This document shows, in pieces, positions 1 through 9,845 of a DNA stretch of 64,000 nt (positions are counted from its first letter, which is position 1; each line of letters begins with the position of its first letter). Source of the DNA: a virus (Duplodnaviria; Heunggongvirae; Uroviricota; Caudoviricetes); IMG/VR virus record IMGVR_UViG_3300005535_000017, positions 82,331 to 146,330 of that record; one strand, given 5' to 3'. A program made the translations under genes and the position numbers. The notes beneath the pieces are model-generated. The model had not been told where the DNA came from. It ran no database searches and was given only the letters and a program-made list of their open reading frames with translations.

Positions 1-213
1 GTAGTCGGAGACTTTGAGAAACTCCCGTGGCACGCCGATGTGGTGAGGTGAGTCCTCCCACAGGCGAACGCGCACCGGATCTCGATCTTCGACATCCCAG
101 AATTCGAGAGTGTCGGTGATCGCCTGCTGCCGGATTCCCCACTTGGGTAGCCACAGCAGGCGATCGATATACGCCTTATCCGGTGCCCGCACCGGCAGCA
201 GAAGCTTTGACAT
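1..213 (-). CDS. hypothetical protein, N-terminal fragment (gene continues past window start)
   Basis: Minus-strand ATG at 211-213 (rc) opens a frame that runs off the window: MSKLLLPVRAPDKAYIDRLLWLPKWGIRQQ... Not in ORF track because it is truncated. No motif recognised. Confidence 0.3.
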   Translation of the reverse strand, partial: MSKLLLPVRAPDKAYIDRLLWLPKWGIRQQAITDTLEFWDVEDRDPVRVRLWEDSPHHIGVPREFLKVSDY

Positions 214-239
214 TGTCTCCTTCCAGCCCGAAGAAGATC

Positions 240-881
240 CTACGTTGTACCTAAACTAACGGGCCAAGTCCAGTTCGCGAAGAACCTCCACAGCTCCTCG
301 AAAATGGCCTTGAGTGCAGACAGGATCACGTTCTTTGCCAGGCGAGATCTCGTTGATTCTCCAGAGTACTGCCACACCCCCGGGTTGTTGGGATTCGGCC
401 TCTGCAGATACACGATCGGAGCATTCCAGCCGGCCGGAGCGTTCTGCTGATAGGCCAGAGGTGCGTACCCCACAGAAGGTTGCTGGGGAGCCTGCATCGG
501 CGCTGGCATCGCGGGTCGAGGATAGTTCGTCGGTGGCGGCTGAGGCATTGCCGATCCCGAGTTGTACCCAAACCGCTGTGAGAAGGTCTGTGGCGGCTGC
601 TGCGGTTGTTGCGGGAACATCGGTAGTGAGTAGCGAGGTTGAGGCAGCATCGACCCTCCCTGCCGCCGGTACGAGTCGAGCATCGATCGGTGATTGATCG
701 ACTCGGTCCGGCATGTCGTCCTGTCGAACAGGCAGTTCTTGCATTCATCGTCTTCTTCGCCGAATTGCTTCCCCCAGCAATGCGGTGCTCCGGCTGGTTC
801 GTTGCCCACTTTGTCCTCCTTCAGTGAAAGAAAATGGCATCCTCTCCAAGCCCTTATCCCGGGGATTTGGAGTTTTTGCAT
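240..881 (-). CDS. hypothetical Pro/Gln-rich protein with N-terminal Cys cluster
   Basis: 213-aa ORF. CxxxxxC...CxxC near N-terminus, long P/Q-rich low-complexity centre, hydrophobic C-terminus. Several overlapping alternative frames. Could be a GC-driven artefact. Confidence 0.35.
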   Translation of the reverse strand: MQKLQIPGIRAWRGCHFLSLKEDKVGNEPAGAPHCWGKQFGEEDDECKNCLFDRTTCRTESINHRSMLDSYRRQGGSMLPQPRYSLPMFPQQPQQPPQTFSQRFGYNSGSAMPQPPPTNYPRPAMPAPMQAPQQPSVGYAPLAYQQNAPAGWNAPIVYLQRPNPNNPGVWQYSGESTRSRLAKNVILSALKAIFEELWRFFANWTWPVSLGTT

Positions 882-956
882 TCGGAGGTTTTGCTTTGCA
901 CCCGACAGTCAGTCCTCGTAGGATGAGACCCAGGCTCTCCTCGAGAGGTGTGAAAG

Positions 957-2375
957 ATGCGCGGAATCGCAGGCTTCGTGGTGGATCAGTACGATGATGT
1001 TCGAGGCGAGGTGCTGGTCTCGCGATTCCCCACGGCAGAGACAATGCCGGAGTTCGTGAAGACGGCGCATCGCATGACGGCGGACGAGAAGGAGACGATG
1101 CCGGACGACGCCTTCGCTCTCGTCCTCTTCGACCAGGGCACCAAGATGAAGAAGTTCGCCATGGTCGACAAGGGCAACACTGCCCTCTCCGTCGTCTACC
1201 TGCTCGAGCAGGGGCACCTTCTTCCTCCCGATGCCGTGAAGGTCGCGGCTTCGAACTTGATCGATGCCTGCGAGCACTACGAGCTCGAGATCCCAGAGAA
1301 GCTGAAGGAGGCGGCCAAGAACGGCGTCTCAGGCATTCCTGGGAAGGGCCAGACACCGTACGCTCGAGGAGCGAAGGTCAACAAGATCCAGTTCAATTCG
1401 CCCAAGACGGACAACGGGGCGTATCACGACAACCCAGAGCTCGGCAAGGACGAGGAGGATCACGACCTCAAGTCCCGAGTCAACTACGACTCTCCGCAGG
1501 GGACGAACTTCATCCAGATCCCCCACTTCTCCACCAAGGAGACCATCAAGGACGACCACGCCGGCTCGACCGACAACATGAAGCAGGCGATGGTCAAGAC
1601 CGCTGGCGCCTTCGGTGATGCCCCCGGCCAGGTGGTCGCCAAGCAGAAGGGCTGGCGCGAGGCCCCGCACATGGACATCTCTGGATGGGATCCTCGCCAG
1701 GCCTTCACCAACGTCGAGCCGGAGGCGGTCGAGACGCTCCTCCGAGGTCACTACCCGGTCGATACCTACGACCAGGTGAAGACCGCATCGGCCTACTTCG
1801 ACGAGAACTGGCAGCAGTTCGCAGCGCGCGATCGTCACACCTACTGCGTGAAGCTGGCGCAGAAGCTCGCCTCTCTGGGCCTGCCGATCTCGGAGGACAT
1901 CGAGCGGTACGGCTCCACCACCTATGCGGCCGACGTCGACGAGATGACGAATGTCCGTCGCAACCTCGTCCCGGAGGAGTTCCGCTCGTCTCTCGACATG
2001 CTGCTCGAGAAGCGGGCCAGCGTGACGCCGGAGACCTTCGCCGAGGCTCTCAGCGACTTCGACCACATGACCAACCTCCACTTCCACTGGGGCACCAACC
2101 TCATGGACCCGTGGTACACCACCTTCGGCCCATCGAAGGAGAAGCTCGCCTCCGCGACCTGGACTTACGATGAGCTGGGAGCCAGGACCGACGAGGCCGA
2201 GCTCAAGAATCTGGCCATGAACGGCCACCATCTCGTCACCAAGACTTTCGGCGCCAAGTTCGCCGATGAGTTCTCCAAGTCGCCCAAGGCTTTCTTCGAG
2301 GCGCTACCCAAGCCGCAGAAGCTCGTCCTCGCTCGCATGGCGAGTGATCGTCGTTCCGCTACTGGCACGGAGTAA
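957..2375 (+). CDS. hypothetical protein (472 aa)
   Basis: Long ORF with GAAAG-like RBS context upstream. First of a co-directional block coupled to following genes (stop 2375 / next start 2379). No recognisable motif. Confidence 0.6.
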   Translation: MRGIAGFVVDQYDDVRGEVLVSRFPTAETMPEFVKTAHRMTADEKETMPDDAFALVLFDQGTKMKKFAMVDKGNTALSVVYLLEQGHLLPPDAVKVAASNLIDACEHYELEIPEKLKEAAKNGVSGIPGKGQTPYARGAKVNKIQFNSPKTDNGAYHDNPELGKDEEDHDLKSRVNYDSPQGTNFIQIPHFSTKETIKDDHAGSTDNMKQAMVKTAGAFGDAPGQVVAKQKGWREAPHMDISGWDPRQAFTNVEPEAVETLLRGHYPVDTYDQVKTASAYFDENWQQFAARDRHTYCVKLAQKLASLGLPISEDIERYGSTTYAADVDEMTNVRRNLVPEEFRSSLDMLLEKRASVTPETFAEALSDFDHMTNLHFHWGTNLMDPWYTTFGPSKEKLASATWTYDELGARTDEAELKNLAMNGHHLVTKTFGAKFADEFSKSPKAFFEALPKPQKLVLARMASDRRSATGTE

Positions 2376-2378
2376 TCA

Positions 2379-2930
2379 ATGGACATCGAGACCTTCAAGG
2401 CGTTCGTTCGGCACTCCGCCGAGCGAGACGATGTGCCGGGGGACTATGTCGCCGTGAAGATGGCGGCGATGAAGATGTTCCCCAAGCTGGCGGCTGGGCT
2501 CGACTCGCATGCTCAGCTCGCACAGAGCGTCTACCACAACAACGGAGCCAATGCTCTCGGGCACTTAGCTCAGGCAAACCCGACCCATCGGGGAGGGCTG
2601 CTTGGAGCCGTGAAGAAGCTGGCGCCCGCCGTTGGTGGAGTTCGGTCATCCGGGACCAACCCGCTTCGGGCCGCGGCTTCGGGCATCATCCACACCAAGC
2701 TGGCGAACCTTGGAGTTGCCGGAGCGGAGCTGGCAGGGCTTGGTGTCCTTGCTCGCCCAAGTGTGAAGGATCTCCGAAACCCAGCGATGGACCAGACGCA
2801 CAAGTCACACGCCAAGTACGAACTCGCCGGATTGGGTATACTCGGAGCTCATCCTGCGTACGAGATCGGATCTCACTTCGCTGGTAAGCTGAGGCCGCTC
2901 GCAGCCCAGGCGACTCACATCATCCGCTAG
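2379..2930 (+). CDS. glycine-zipper (GxxxG-repeat) protein
   Basis: 183 aa. Segments GGLLGAVKKLAPAVGG and LANLGVAGAELAGLGVLA, LAGLGILGA. Member of the recurrent Gly-zipper family in this window. Confidence 0.55.
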   Translation: MDIETFKAFVRHSAERDDVPGDYVAVKMAAMKMFPKLAAGLDSHAQLAQSVYHNNGANALGHLAQANPTHRGGLLGAVKKLAPAVGGVRSSGTNPLRAAASGIIHTKLANLGVAGAELAGLGVLARPSVKDLRNPAMDQTHKSHAKYELAGLGILGAHPAYEIGSHFAGKLRPLAAQATHIIR

Positions 2931-2938
2931 GAGAGCTC

Positions 2939-3874
2939 GTGAATAAGAGGCCGGACGAGGCGTTCTTCGAGAGCCTGCAAGAGACGAAGAAGCAGAAGAT
3001 CGCGGCCCCAGTAGGGGCAGTCCTCGACACGTCCGGTGTCTTCTCTCCACCAACACCGGTGTCTTCGAAGAACCTCTTCAGCCACCCGGACGCTCATCCG
3101 GTTGTCTTGGATATGGCGCTGCTCAAGGTCTTCCAGGTTGAGTGGTTCGACTGGCTGTCCGATACGCTCTTCGCCGAAATCGAGCGGGAGTTCGATACGC
3201 ACATCAACGCCGGCAACCGTCTCAAGATCATGGCGGCGAAGACGCTGCATGTGATCGATGCGTTCTGGGACCACTGGGAGGTCTTCGAGAAAGTCATTGC
3301 TGGGCTCAATGGCATCGTGCCGCAGGTGGCCCTTCTGCAGCCGCCCGATCTCGCCGCTCTCTATGCTGGGGTCGATATCGCCAGCGGCATCCGCCAAGAG
3401 ACGTACAGCGACGAGGTGAAGCGCTATTGCGCCGCAGTCTTCCTGCATGAAGGCGTGACCTACGCCGCCCCTCCTCTCGACTTCTGCCAAGAGTACATCT
3501 CTCAGCCGATCTATCGCTGCCGCGACTGTGAGCAGACCGGCTCGGCACTTCCGCCGTTCGATGGTCACTGCCCGACCTGCACTCAGAAGTACGAACAGGA
3601 CAAGGCCTTCTCCCTCAAGCCCGACCCGGACATGAAGGACAAGACCAAGGGCGTGAACCTCGAGTACCACCTCACCTACGAGTCTCAGCCGACCAAGAAG
3701 CGGTTCGAAGAGCTGAGCAAGCTTCCCGCTGAGCAGGCGGCAGACGCGATCCAGGAGACGGCCGAAGATGTCGAGTCGGCTCGCCTCATCATCGCCACCG
3801 ACTTCATGAAGTACCGCTCGATGCAGCTCAAGACCCAGCTCGAGAGCCTCAAGGGCTGGTTGGAGGCATCATGA
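2939..3874 (+). CDS. hypothetical protein with C4 zinc-ribbon (CRDCEQTG...CPTC)
   Basis: 311-aa ORF. Paired CxxC motifs about 20 aa apart in the C-terminal third. ATGA overlap with next gene. Confidence 0.55.
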   Translation: MNKRPDEAFFESLQETKKQKIAAPVGAVLDTSGVFSPPTPVSSKNLFSHPDAHPVVLDMALLKVFQVEWFDWLSDTLFAEIEREFDTHINAGNRLKIMAAKTLHVIDAFWDHWEVFEKVIAGLNGIVPQVALLQPPDLAALYAGVDIASGIRQETYSDEVKRYCAAVFLHEGVTYAAPPLDFCQEYISQPIYRCRDCEQTGSALPPFDGHCPTCTQKYEQDKAFSLKPDPDMKDKTKGVNLEYHLTYESQPTKKRFEELSKLPAEQAADAIQETAEDVESARLIIATDFMKYRSMQLKTQLESLKGWLEAS

Positions 3875-4479
3875 TCGACGAGGTCACCAGAGCAGCCTTC
3901 GCTGATGAGCTCGCCAAGATCGCAGGGCTCAAGACTGAGGTTGGCAACGTCATCTCCGCCGGCTGGCACGGCACGCCGCAGAATCCTCAGAAGTGGATGG
4001 GCGAGGGCCTGAAGATCGCGCCGAAGATGGGACGGCTCGGCAAGGCAATGGAGTACGCGTCTTCTCTCGGCGGCGCGACGAAGTATCTCCCAGTCGGCGG
4101 AAAGTCGATGGCGCTTCTCGGCACCGCGGCTATGGCTCCAATGGCTCTGGCGAAGGAAGACCCGACTGGTCACGGCAAGTCCAGGTTCGAACGCACTACT
4201 GGCCTTGTCGGCAATACTCTCGGCGGTCTGGCGGCCTCCGGTGCGATGATTCGACACGGCATCAAGAACCCCTTCGCTTTGGCTGCTGGGGGGCTCCTTG
4301 GGAGCGTGGGCGGCGAGCGTCTCATCACCTCGCCATTCGCCCTCATCCGGCGCGGCTTCCGTCGTCATCCTCCGGCTGTTCTCCCGCAGCAATCGAATGA
4401 TGGCGGCTGGCAGAACACGGCTCCAGGCGGCCTCAATACCACGCCCGACGCAGTCGTCGGCCAAGCACAGGCGATGTAA
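3871..4479 (+). CDS. glycine-zipper protein
   Basis: 202 aa. GGATKYLPVGG, LGGLAASGAM, LAAGGLLGSVGG. Start overlaps the previous stop (ATGA). Confidence 0.55.
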   Translation: MIDEVTRAAFADELAKIAGLKTEVGNVISAGWHGTPQNPQKWMGEGLKIAPKMGRLGKAMEYASSLGGATKYLPVGGKSMALLGTAAMAPMALAKEDPTGHGKSRFERTTGLVGNTLGGLAASGAMIRHGIKNPFALAAGGLLGSVGGERLITSPFALIRRGFRRHPPAVLPQQSNDGGWQNTAPGGLNTTPDAVVGQAQAM

Positions 4480-6528
4480 ATGAGCGACCTCGGTCTCGCT
4501 GGCGGCATTGCCAGATTCGATTCGTTTCACGGTCGCCAAGAGGGCGGCGGAGGCGCTCTTCGTTACCCGTCTCCGTTCTTCGACATCGGCCACACGTATC
4601 TGCCCACCAGCATCAAGCAGATGTTCCGGTGGTGCCGGTACTACTTCCTCACCAACCCGCTGATCAACGCCGTCACTTACAAGATGGCGGAGTACCCGAT
4701 CACGGACATCATCGTCGACGAGGAAGACTCTGAGCAGCGGGCGAAGTGGATCGAGATGATCGAGCACCAGTTCAAGGTGCGTACGGTCGAGATCGAAGCC
4801 GGCCTGGACTATTACTGCTACGGCATCGCATTCATTTCGCTGCACTTCCCATTCGACAAGTACCTCGTCTGCCCGCACTGCAAGACGGAGTACAAGGCCA
4901 AGGACAAGCGGACCGAGTTCAAGTTCCGCAACCTCAACTACTTCTTGTCCTGCAAGAAGTGCGAGATGGTCGTCCAGGCCAAGATCGTCGACAACTACAC
5001 GAAGAACTATCGGGACATCAAGGTCATCCGGTGGAACCCGGAGTACGTCACCGCTGAGCACAACGACATCACCGGTGAGACGGCCTACTTCTTCGACATC
5101 CCCATGGCGACGAGGAACGACATCCTCATGGGGAAGCGTCACGTAATCGAGTCGATCCCGGACGTCTACATCGAGTCGCTTCGCTCCAACAAGAGCCTGC
5201 GCCTCACCTCGGACAACATGTTCGTGCTGAAGCGACCAACCATCGCTCAGAAGGACATGGGCTGGGGCATGCCCCTCATCCTGCCTGTCCTCAAGGACAC
5301 CTTCTACCTGCAGATCTTGCGGAAGGGGCAGGAGGCGATTGCCCAGCAGCACATCGTTCCGCTCCGCATCCTCTTCCCGCAGGCTGGTGGCGCCGACGCG
5401 AGCCCTTACTCGACGACGGACCTCGGCAATTGGCGCAAGAGGATCGAGCAAGAGCTCGCCAAGCAGCGAGTCGACCCGAACTACATCCCCATCATGCCGC
5501 TACCGGTGGGCAACGAGACGATCGGAGGCGAGGGCAAGGCACTCATGCTTCACCAGGAGATGCGCGCCTGGTCGGAGCAGATCGTCGCCGGCATGCACGT
5601 TCCCATCGAATTCGTCTTCGGCGGCCTGCAGTACTCTGGCTCCAACGTCTCGATGCGCATGCTCGAGAACCAGTTCCTCGGCTACCGCACCAACCTCCTC
5701 ATCATGGTCCGCGACTTCATTCTCGGGAAGATCGCCGACTACATGGAGTGGAACCGCCCGAAGCTGCACTTCAAGCGCTTCAAGATGGCGGACGATCTGC
5801 AGCGTCTCCAGCTCACCTTCCAGATGAACCAGGCGCAGAAGGTCTCGGACACCACGCTCCTCGACGAGGCCGATCTGGACATCGTTCAGGAAGAGAAGCA
5901 CAAGAGCGCCGAGATGGCGAAGCAGATGGACAACCAGCGCAAGCAGATGATGGCCTCCGCCGAGCTCCAAGGCGAGACGCTCCTTGTCCAGACGCGCTAC
6001 CAGATCCAGGCCCAGAAGCTCATGCAGGCCGCTGGAATGCCTCCGCCAGACCAAGGCGGTGGTGCCCAGAACCAACAGCTTGGCGACGCCATGAAGCAGT
6101 TCGCCGAGGGCCAGCAATTGGGAGGCCCCGGCGGGCCTGGTGGCGGTGGCGACATGCAGCCCAAGGAAGGTGACGACGCCGCCCCGGGCTTCCCAGAGGG
6201 TGTGAAGGCCTACCCGGAGAAGGGCGGGACCATGCCGAACGAGGGCATCCCGATGGAGATGCAGTCGCCGCTCACCCAGGCGGCTGGCCAAGGTGCTCTA
6301 TTCAGTCCGCTCTACCTCGCTCGTCGTGCGGCTACGCACTTCGAGAAGATGGATGAGATGACGAAGAACATCGAGCTCATCAAGATGAAGGGCAAGAACC
6401 CGCAACTCTACGGGCTCACCGTTCAGCTCCTCCAAGACGCGAAGGGCTCTCAGACTGATCCGCTTGACCCCGGTCAGTCGCCCATGCCAGACATCAAGCC
6501 GCCTCGTCGCAAGAACGCTCTCATCTGA
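4480..6528 (+). CDS. putative portal protein (682 aa)
   Basis: Size, acidic composition and Q/G/P-rich C-terminal tail (QMMASAELQGETLLVQTRYQIQAQKLMQAAGMPPPDQGGGAQNQQ) resemble podo/myovirus portal crown regions. Start TAAATG coupled to upstream gene. Assignment is by resemblance only. Confidence 0.4.
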   Translation: MSDLGLAGGIARFDSFHGRQEGGGGALRYPSPFFDIGHTYLPTSIKQMFRWCRYYFLTNPLINAVTYKMAEYPITDIIVDEEDSEQRAKWIEMIEHQFKVRTVEIEAGLDYYCYGIAFISLHFPFDKYLVCPHCKTEYKAKDKRTEFKFRNLNYFLSCKKCEMVVQAKIVDNYTKNYRDIKVIRWNPEYVTAEHNDITGETAYFFDIPMATRNDILMGKRHVIESIPDVYIESLRSNKSLRLTSDNMFVLKRPTIAQKDMGWGMPLILPVLKDTFYLQILRKGQEAIAQQHIVPLRILFPQAGGADASPYSTTDLGNWRKRIEQELAKQRVDPNYIPIMPLPVGNETIGGEGKALMLHQEMRAWSEQIVAGMHVPIEFVFGGLQYSGSNVSMRMLENQFLGYRTNLLIMVRDFILGKIADYMEWNRPKLHFKRFKMADDLQRLQLTFQMNQAQKVSDTTLLDEADLDIVQEEKHKSAEMAKQMDNQRKQMMASAELQGETLLVQTRYQIQAQKLMQAAGMPPPDQGGGAQNQQLGDAMKQFAEGQQLGGPGGPGGGGDMQPKEGDDAAPGFPEGVKAYPEKGGTMPNEGIPMEMQSPLTQAAGQGALFSPLYLARRAATHFEKMDEMTKNIELIKMKGKNPQLYGLTVQLLQDAKGSQTDPLDPGQSPMPDIKPPRRKNALI

Positions 6529-6533
6529 GGCAT

Positions 6534-6584
6534 AAGCGCGAGCGCTGTGCGTTAGCCAGCATAGAAGGCTTGCGCTCTTTTTTC
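6534..6584 (+). terminator. putative rho-independent terminator after the 682-aa gene
   Basis: GC-rich imperfect hairpin (gagcgc ... gcgctc, plus self-complementary agcgcgagcgct) followed by TTTTTT at 6578-6583. Next gene has GGAGG RBS at 6591-6595. Confidence 0.4.
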
Positions 6585-6601
6585 ACCTTTGGAGGTCGCA
6601 C

Positions 6602-9337
6602 ATGCAGACGGCAGCAGAGGACAAGAAGGTGGTGCGCCGAAACGCATCACCGAAGAGGATCCGATTCCAGCGGGTCTTCACCACCGAGGGCGTTCATCCG
6701 TTCAACACCGTCGAGTGGGTCAGGAAAGATGCAGTAATCTACGGCAGCAAGGGGGACGTGAAGTTCCGTCAAGACGGTGTCGAAGTCCCCGGGTTCTGGA
6801 ACGACACCACAGTCAACATCGTCGCTGAGAAGTACTTCCGCACCATCAATGGCGTGAAGGAAGTCTCCGCGAAGCAGATGTTCGATCGCGTCGCCTATTG
6901 GATGGCGCGTCAGGCGATCGACCAAGGGATCTTCGAGCCGGGGCATCTTCACACCTACGGCGCCCCTCCGTCGCCGCCCGATACGATGATGTCCGTCGAC
7001 GGCCAGGTGTTCTACGAGGAGCTTCTCTTCATGCTCCTTCATGGCATGTTCGCCTTCAACTCTCCGGTCTGGTTCAATGTCGGCGCGGTGGAAGTTCCGC
7101 AGTGCTCGGCCTGCTTCATCCAGCAGGTCACCGACGACATGGGCGACATCATGGACCTGGCCAAGAAGGAGGCCATGCTCTTCAAGGGCGGCTCGGGCAC
7201 GGGCGGTAACCTCTCGCCCATCCGCGGCAGCATGGAGAAGCTGTCGAACGGTGGCACGGCATCTGGCCCGGTCTCGTTCATGAAGGGCTTCGACGCCTTC
7301 GCCGGCGCCATGAAGTCTGGTGGTGGTACTCGACGTGCCGCCAAGATGGTCGTTCTCAACGTTGACCACCCGGACATCGAGGAGTTCATCACCTGCAAGT
7401 CGAACGCGGAGCAGGTGGCTCACGATCTCTACTCGACGGGGAAGTACACCGCCGAGTTCAACGTTCCGGGCAATGTCTACGAGTACGTTGGCTTCCAGAA
7501 CGCCAACAACTCGGTTCGTGTGACCGATGAGTTCATGAAGCTCGTCGAGAGCGACGGTGAGTTCTCGACGAAGTTCGTGAGCACGGGCAAGCCGCACAAG
7601 AAGTACAAGGCCCGTCATCTTTGGAAGGAGATCGCCAAGGCCGCCTGGATGTGCGGCGATCCGGGTCTGCAGTTCGACACGACCACGAACAACTGGCACA
7701 CCAGCCCTGCTTCGGGCCGCATCAACGCCTCGAATCCGTGCTCGGAGTATCTCTACCTCGACAACACGGCCTGCAATCTCGGATCACTGAACCTGCGCAA
7801 GTTCGTCAAGCTCGACAACACCTTCGACATCGAAGGCTTCGAGCACGCCTGCTCGATCGCCATCACCGCGATGGAGGCGGTCGTCGACGCCAGTTCCTAC
7901 CCGTCGCCGGTCATCACGGAGAACAGCCACAGGTACCGTACACTGGGGCTCGGCTACACGAATCTGGGCGATCTTCTTACCGTGTGGGGTCTTCCGTACG
8001 ACTCCAATGACGGTCGGAGTGTCGCCGGCGGCATCACTGCCATCATGGGTGGCGCAGCCCAGAGGCAGTCTGCTCTGCTTGCCGAAGTCCGCGGTCCGTT
8101 CGAGGCGTTCGAGGCCAACCGCGAGCCGATGCTCAACGTGGTCAAGATGCACCTCAATGCGGCCAAACGGATTCCGACGCCGATGGCGAAGCAGTATCAC
8201 GCCATCATCGATCGGGCGCCCGAAGTCTGGACGGAGGCGCTGCAGGCCGGAAAGAAGTTCGGCTACCGCAACGGCCAGGTCACAGTGCTCGCCCCGACTG
8301 GAACCATCAGCTTCCTCATGTGCGCCGATACTACCGGCGTCGAGCCCAACACGGCTATCGTCCGGTACAAGAAGCTTGTCGGTGGTGGCATGGAGCGGCT
8401 GGCGACTCCCAGTGTCGAGCTCGCTCTCAAAAACCTCGGGTACTCGCCGGAAGTCATCGACGGGATCCTCGAGTACGTCGCTGAGAACGAGAAGCTTCAG
8501 GGCGCGCCGGAGTTCGACTACGAGAAGCACGGTGGCGTCTTCCCGGAAGCTATCGGACCGAACGCCCTGCGTCCAGAAGCTCACATCCTCATGATGGCTG
8601 CGGTCCAGCCCTTCCTCTCGGGCGGCATCTCGAAGACCGTCAACATGCCAGAGAACTGCACGGTGGAGGACATCGAGAAGATCTACATGCTGTCCTGGAA
8701 GTCTGGTCTGAAGTGCGTGGCCATCTACCGGGACAAGTGCAAGCTCTCTCAGCCCATCTCCACCGAGAACAACACGCTCGAGGGCCGAGTCAAGTCGCTG
8801 GCGTGGGGTGAACGCCGTCGCCTACCGGACGAGCGCGACGCCAAGACGGCGAAAGTCAGCATCGGCGGCACGGAGGTGTACATCACTCCGGGCTTCTTCG
8901 GGGATGGCTCTCTGGGCGAGATCTTCGTCCGCGTCTCGAAGCAGGGCTCCACGCTGAACGGCATCATGGATGCGTGGGCGACCGCCTTCAGCATCGGCCT
9001 CCAGCACGGCGTTCCGCTGGAGACGTTCATCGAGAAGTTCAGCGACCAGGAGTTCGAACCCAAGGGCTGGACGAGTCACCCGATCATCCGCCGCGCTCGG
9101 TCCATCCCGGACTTCCTGGCGCAGTGGCTCGCTCTCAACTTCGCACCAAATGCGCAGCATCTTCTCCGACTGCGTGAGGCGCCGGCTGACGTCAAGCTGC
9201 TCACGCCGAAGGAAGAGGAGGCGAAGGCAGAGAAGGCGCCGTCTGGTCCTCCCTGCACTCGCTGCGGCAGTCTCACGAAGCGGGCAGGCTCGTGCCACCT
9301 CTGCCCGAACTGCGGTACCTCGACCGGCTGCGGATAG
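6602..9337 (+). CDS. nrdJ: ribonucleotide reductase, class II (adenosylcobalamin-dependent), monomeric type
   Basis: 911 aa. Active-site region NPCSEYLYLDNTACNLGSLNL matches the class II RNR consensus (NPCGE...ACNLGS.NL). C-terminal CTRCGSL...CHLCPNCG zinc-ribbon is typical of NrdJ C-termini. RBS GGAGG before ATG. Confidence 0.85.
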   Translation: MQTAAEDKKVVRRNASPKRIRFQRVFTTEGVHPFNTVEWVRKDAVIYGSKGDVKFRQDGVEVPGFWNDTTVNIVAEKYFRTINGVKEVSAKQMFDRVAYWMARQAIDQGIFEPGHLHTYGAPPSPPDTMMSVDGQVFYEELLFMLLHGMFAFNSPVWFNVGAVEVPQCSACFIQQVTDDMGDIMDLAKKEAMLFKGGSGTGGNLSPIRGSMEKLSNGGTASGPVSFMKGFDAFAGAMKSGGGTRRAAKMVVLNVDHPDIEEFITCKSNAEQVAHDLYSTGKYTAEFNVPGNVYEYVGFQNANNSVRVTDEFMKLVESDGEFSTKFVSTGKPHKKYKARHLWKEIAKAAWMCGDPGLQFDTTTNNWHTSPASGRINASNPCSEYLYLDNTACNLGSLNLRKFVKLDNTFDIEGFEHACSIAITAMEAVVDASSYPSPVITENSHRYRTLGLGYTNLGDLLTVWGLPYDSNDGRSVAGGITAIMGGAAQRQSALLAEVRGPFEAFEANREPMLNVVKMHLNAAKRIPTPMAKQYHAIIDRAPEVWTEALQAGKKFGYRNGQVTVLAPTGTISFLMCADTTGVEPNTAIVRYKKLVGGGMERLATPSVELALKNLGYSPEVIDGILEYVAENEKLQGAPEFDYEKHGGVFPEAIGPNALRPEAHILMMAAVQPFLSGGISKTVNMPENCTVEDIEKIYMLSWKSGLKCVAIYRDKCKLSQPISTENNTLEGRVKSLAWGERRRLPDERDAKTAKVSIGGTEVYITPGFFGDGSLGEIFVRVSKQGSTLNGIMDAWATAFSIGLQHGVPLETFIEKFSDQEFEPKGWTSHPIIRRARSIPDFLAQWLALNFAPNAQHLLRLREAPADVKLLTPKEEEAKAEKAPSGPPCTRCGSLTKRAGSCHLCPNCGTSTGCG

Positions 9338-9340
9338 CTA

Positions 9341-9386
9341 AAAAACAAAGGCGGGAAGGAATGCGCAACCTTCCCGCCTTTTCTTT
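9341..9386. terminator. bidirectional rho-independent terminator
   Basis: Perfect 12-bp stem aaggcgggaagg / ccttcccgcctt with 9-nt loop. A-run on the left (aaaaa) and T-run on the right (ttttcttt). Lies between convergent nrdJ (+) and the minus-strand Cys-rich genes. Confidence 0.75.
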
Positions 9387-9395
9387 AGCTTGCTC

Positions 9396-9845
9396 CTACG
9401 CTGCGCTCTCTTCGAGTATCGCATCCACCATCGCGTCGGCCACCTCTCCGCAGTCAGGGCAGACTGGCATTGCCCCACTTCTGCACTTGAGGTTCGAGCA
9501 CTCGTACTCTGCAGGCGGGTCGTCGGGCCGCATCTTATGTTTCGCGCACGCCGCACACAGGTACTGGAGCTCTTCCGCAGCCTCTGATAGTGCGATCTGC
9601 TTCAGGTCGTCGATCTCATCACGTCGAACCTCCAGGAGCACTTCGTTCCTGATGACGTCTCTGAGTTCCTGGTTCTTATAGACCCACGATGGAAGGCATG
9701 AAAGGTGGATCGTCTCCGGCTTTTCCATGTCGGAGCTGTGGTACATCTGACCTGACTTTTGACCCATCTTGGATGTTCCTGTCGACCCCTGAAAGGTTGG
9801 CTGGTCGATGTAGATGGGGAATCTGCAGTAGTCGCAAAGCATCAA
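9396..9845 (-). CDS. hypothetical Cys-rich protein (149 aa)
   Basis: Multiple CxxC pairs (CDYC, CAAC, CPDC). Coupled to the upstream gene (overlap 9842-9845). Confidence 0.5.
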   Translation of the reverse strand: MMLCDYCRFPIYIDQPTFQGSTGTSKMGQKSGQMYHSSDMEKPETIHLSCLPSWVYKNQELRDVIRNEVLLEVRRDEIDDLKQIALSEAAEELQYLCAACAKHKMRPDDPPAEYECSNLKCRSGAMPVCPDCGEVADAMVDAILEESAA

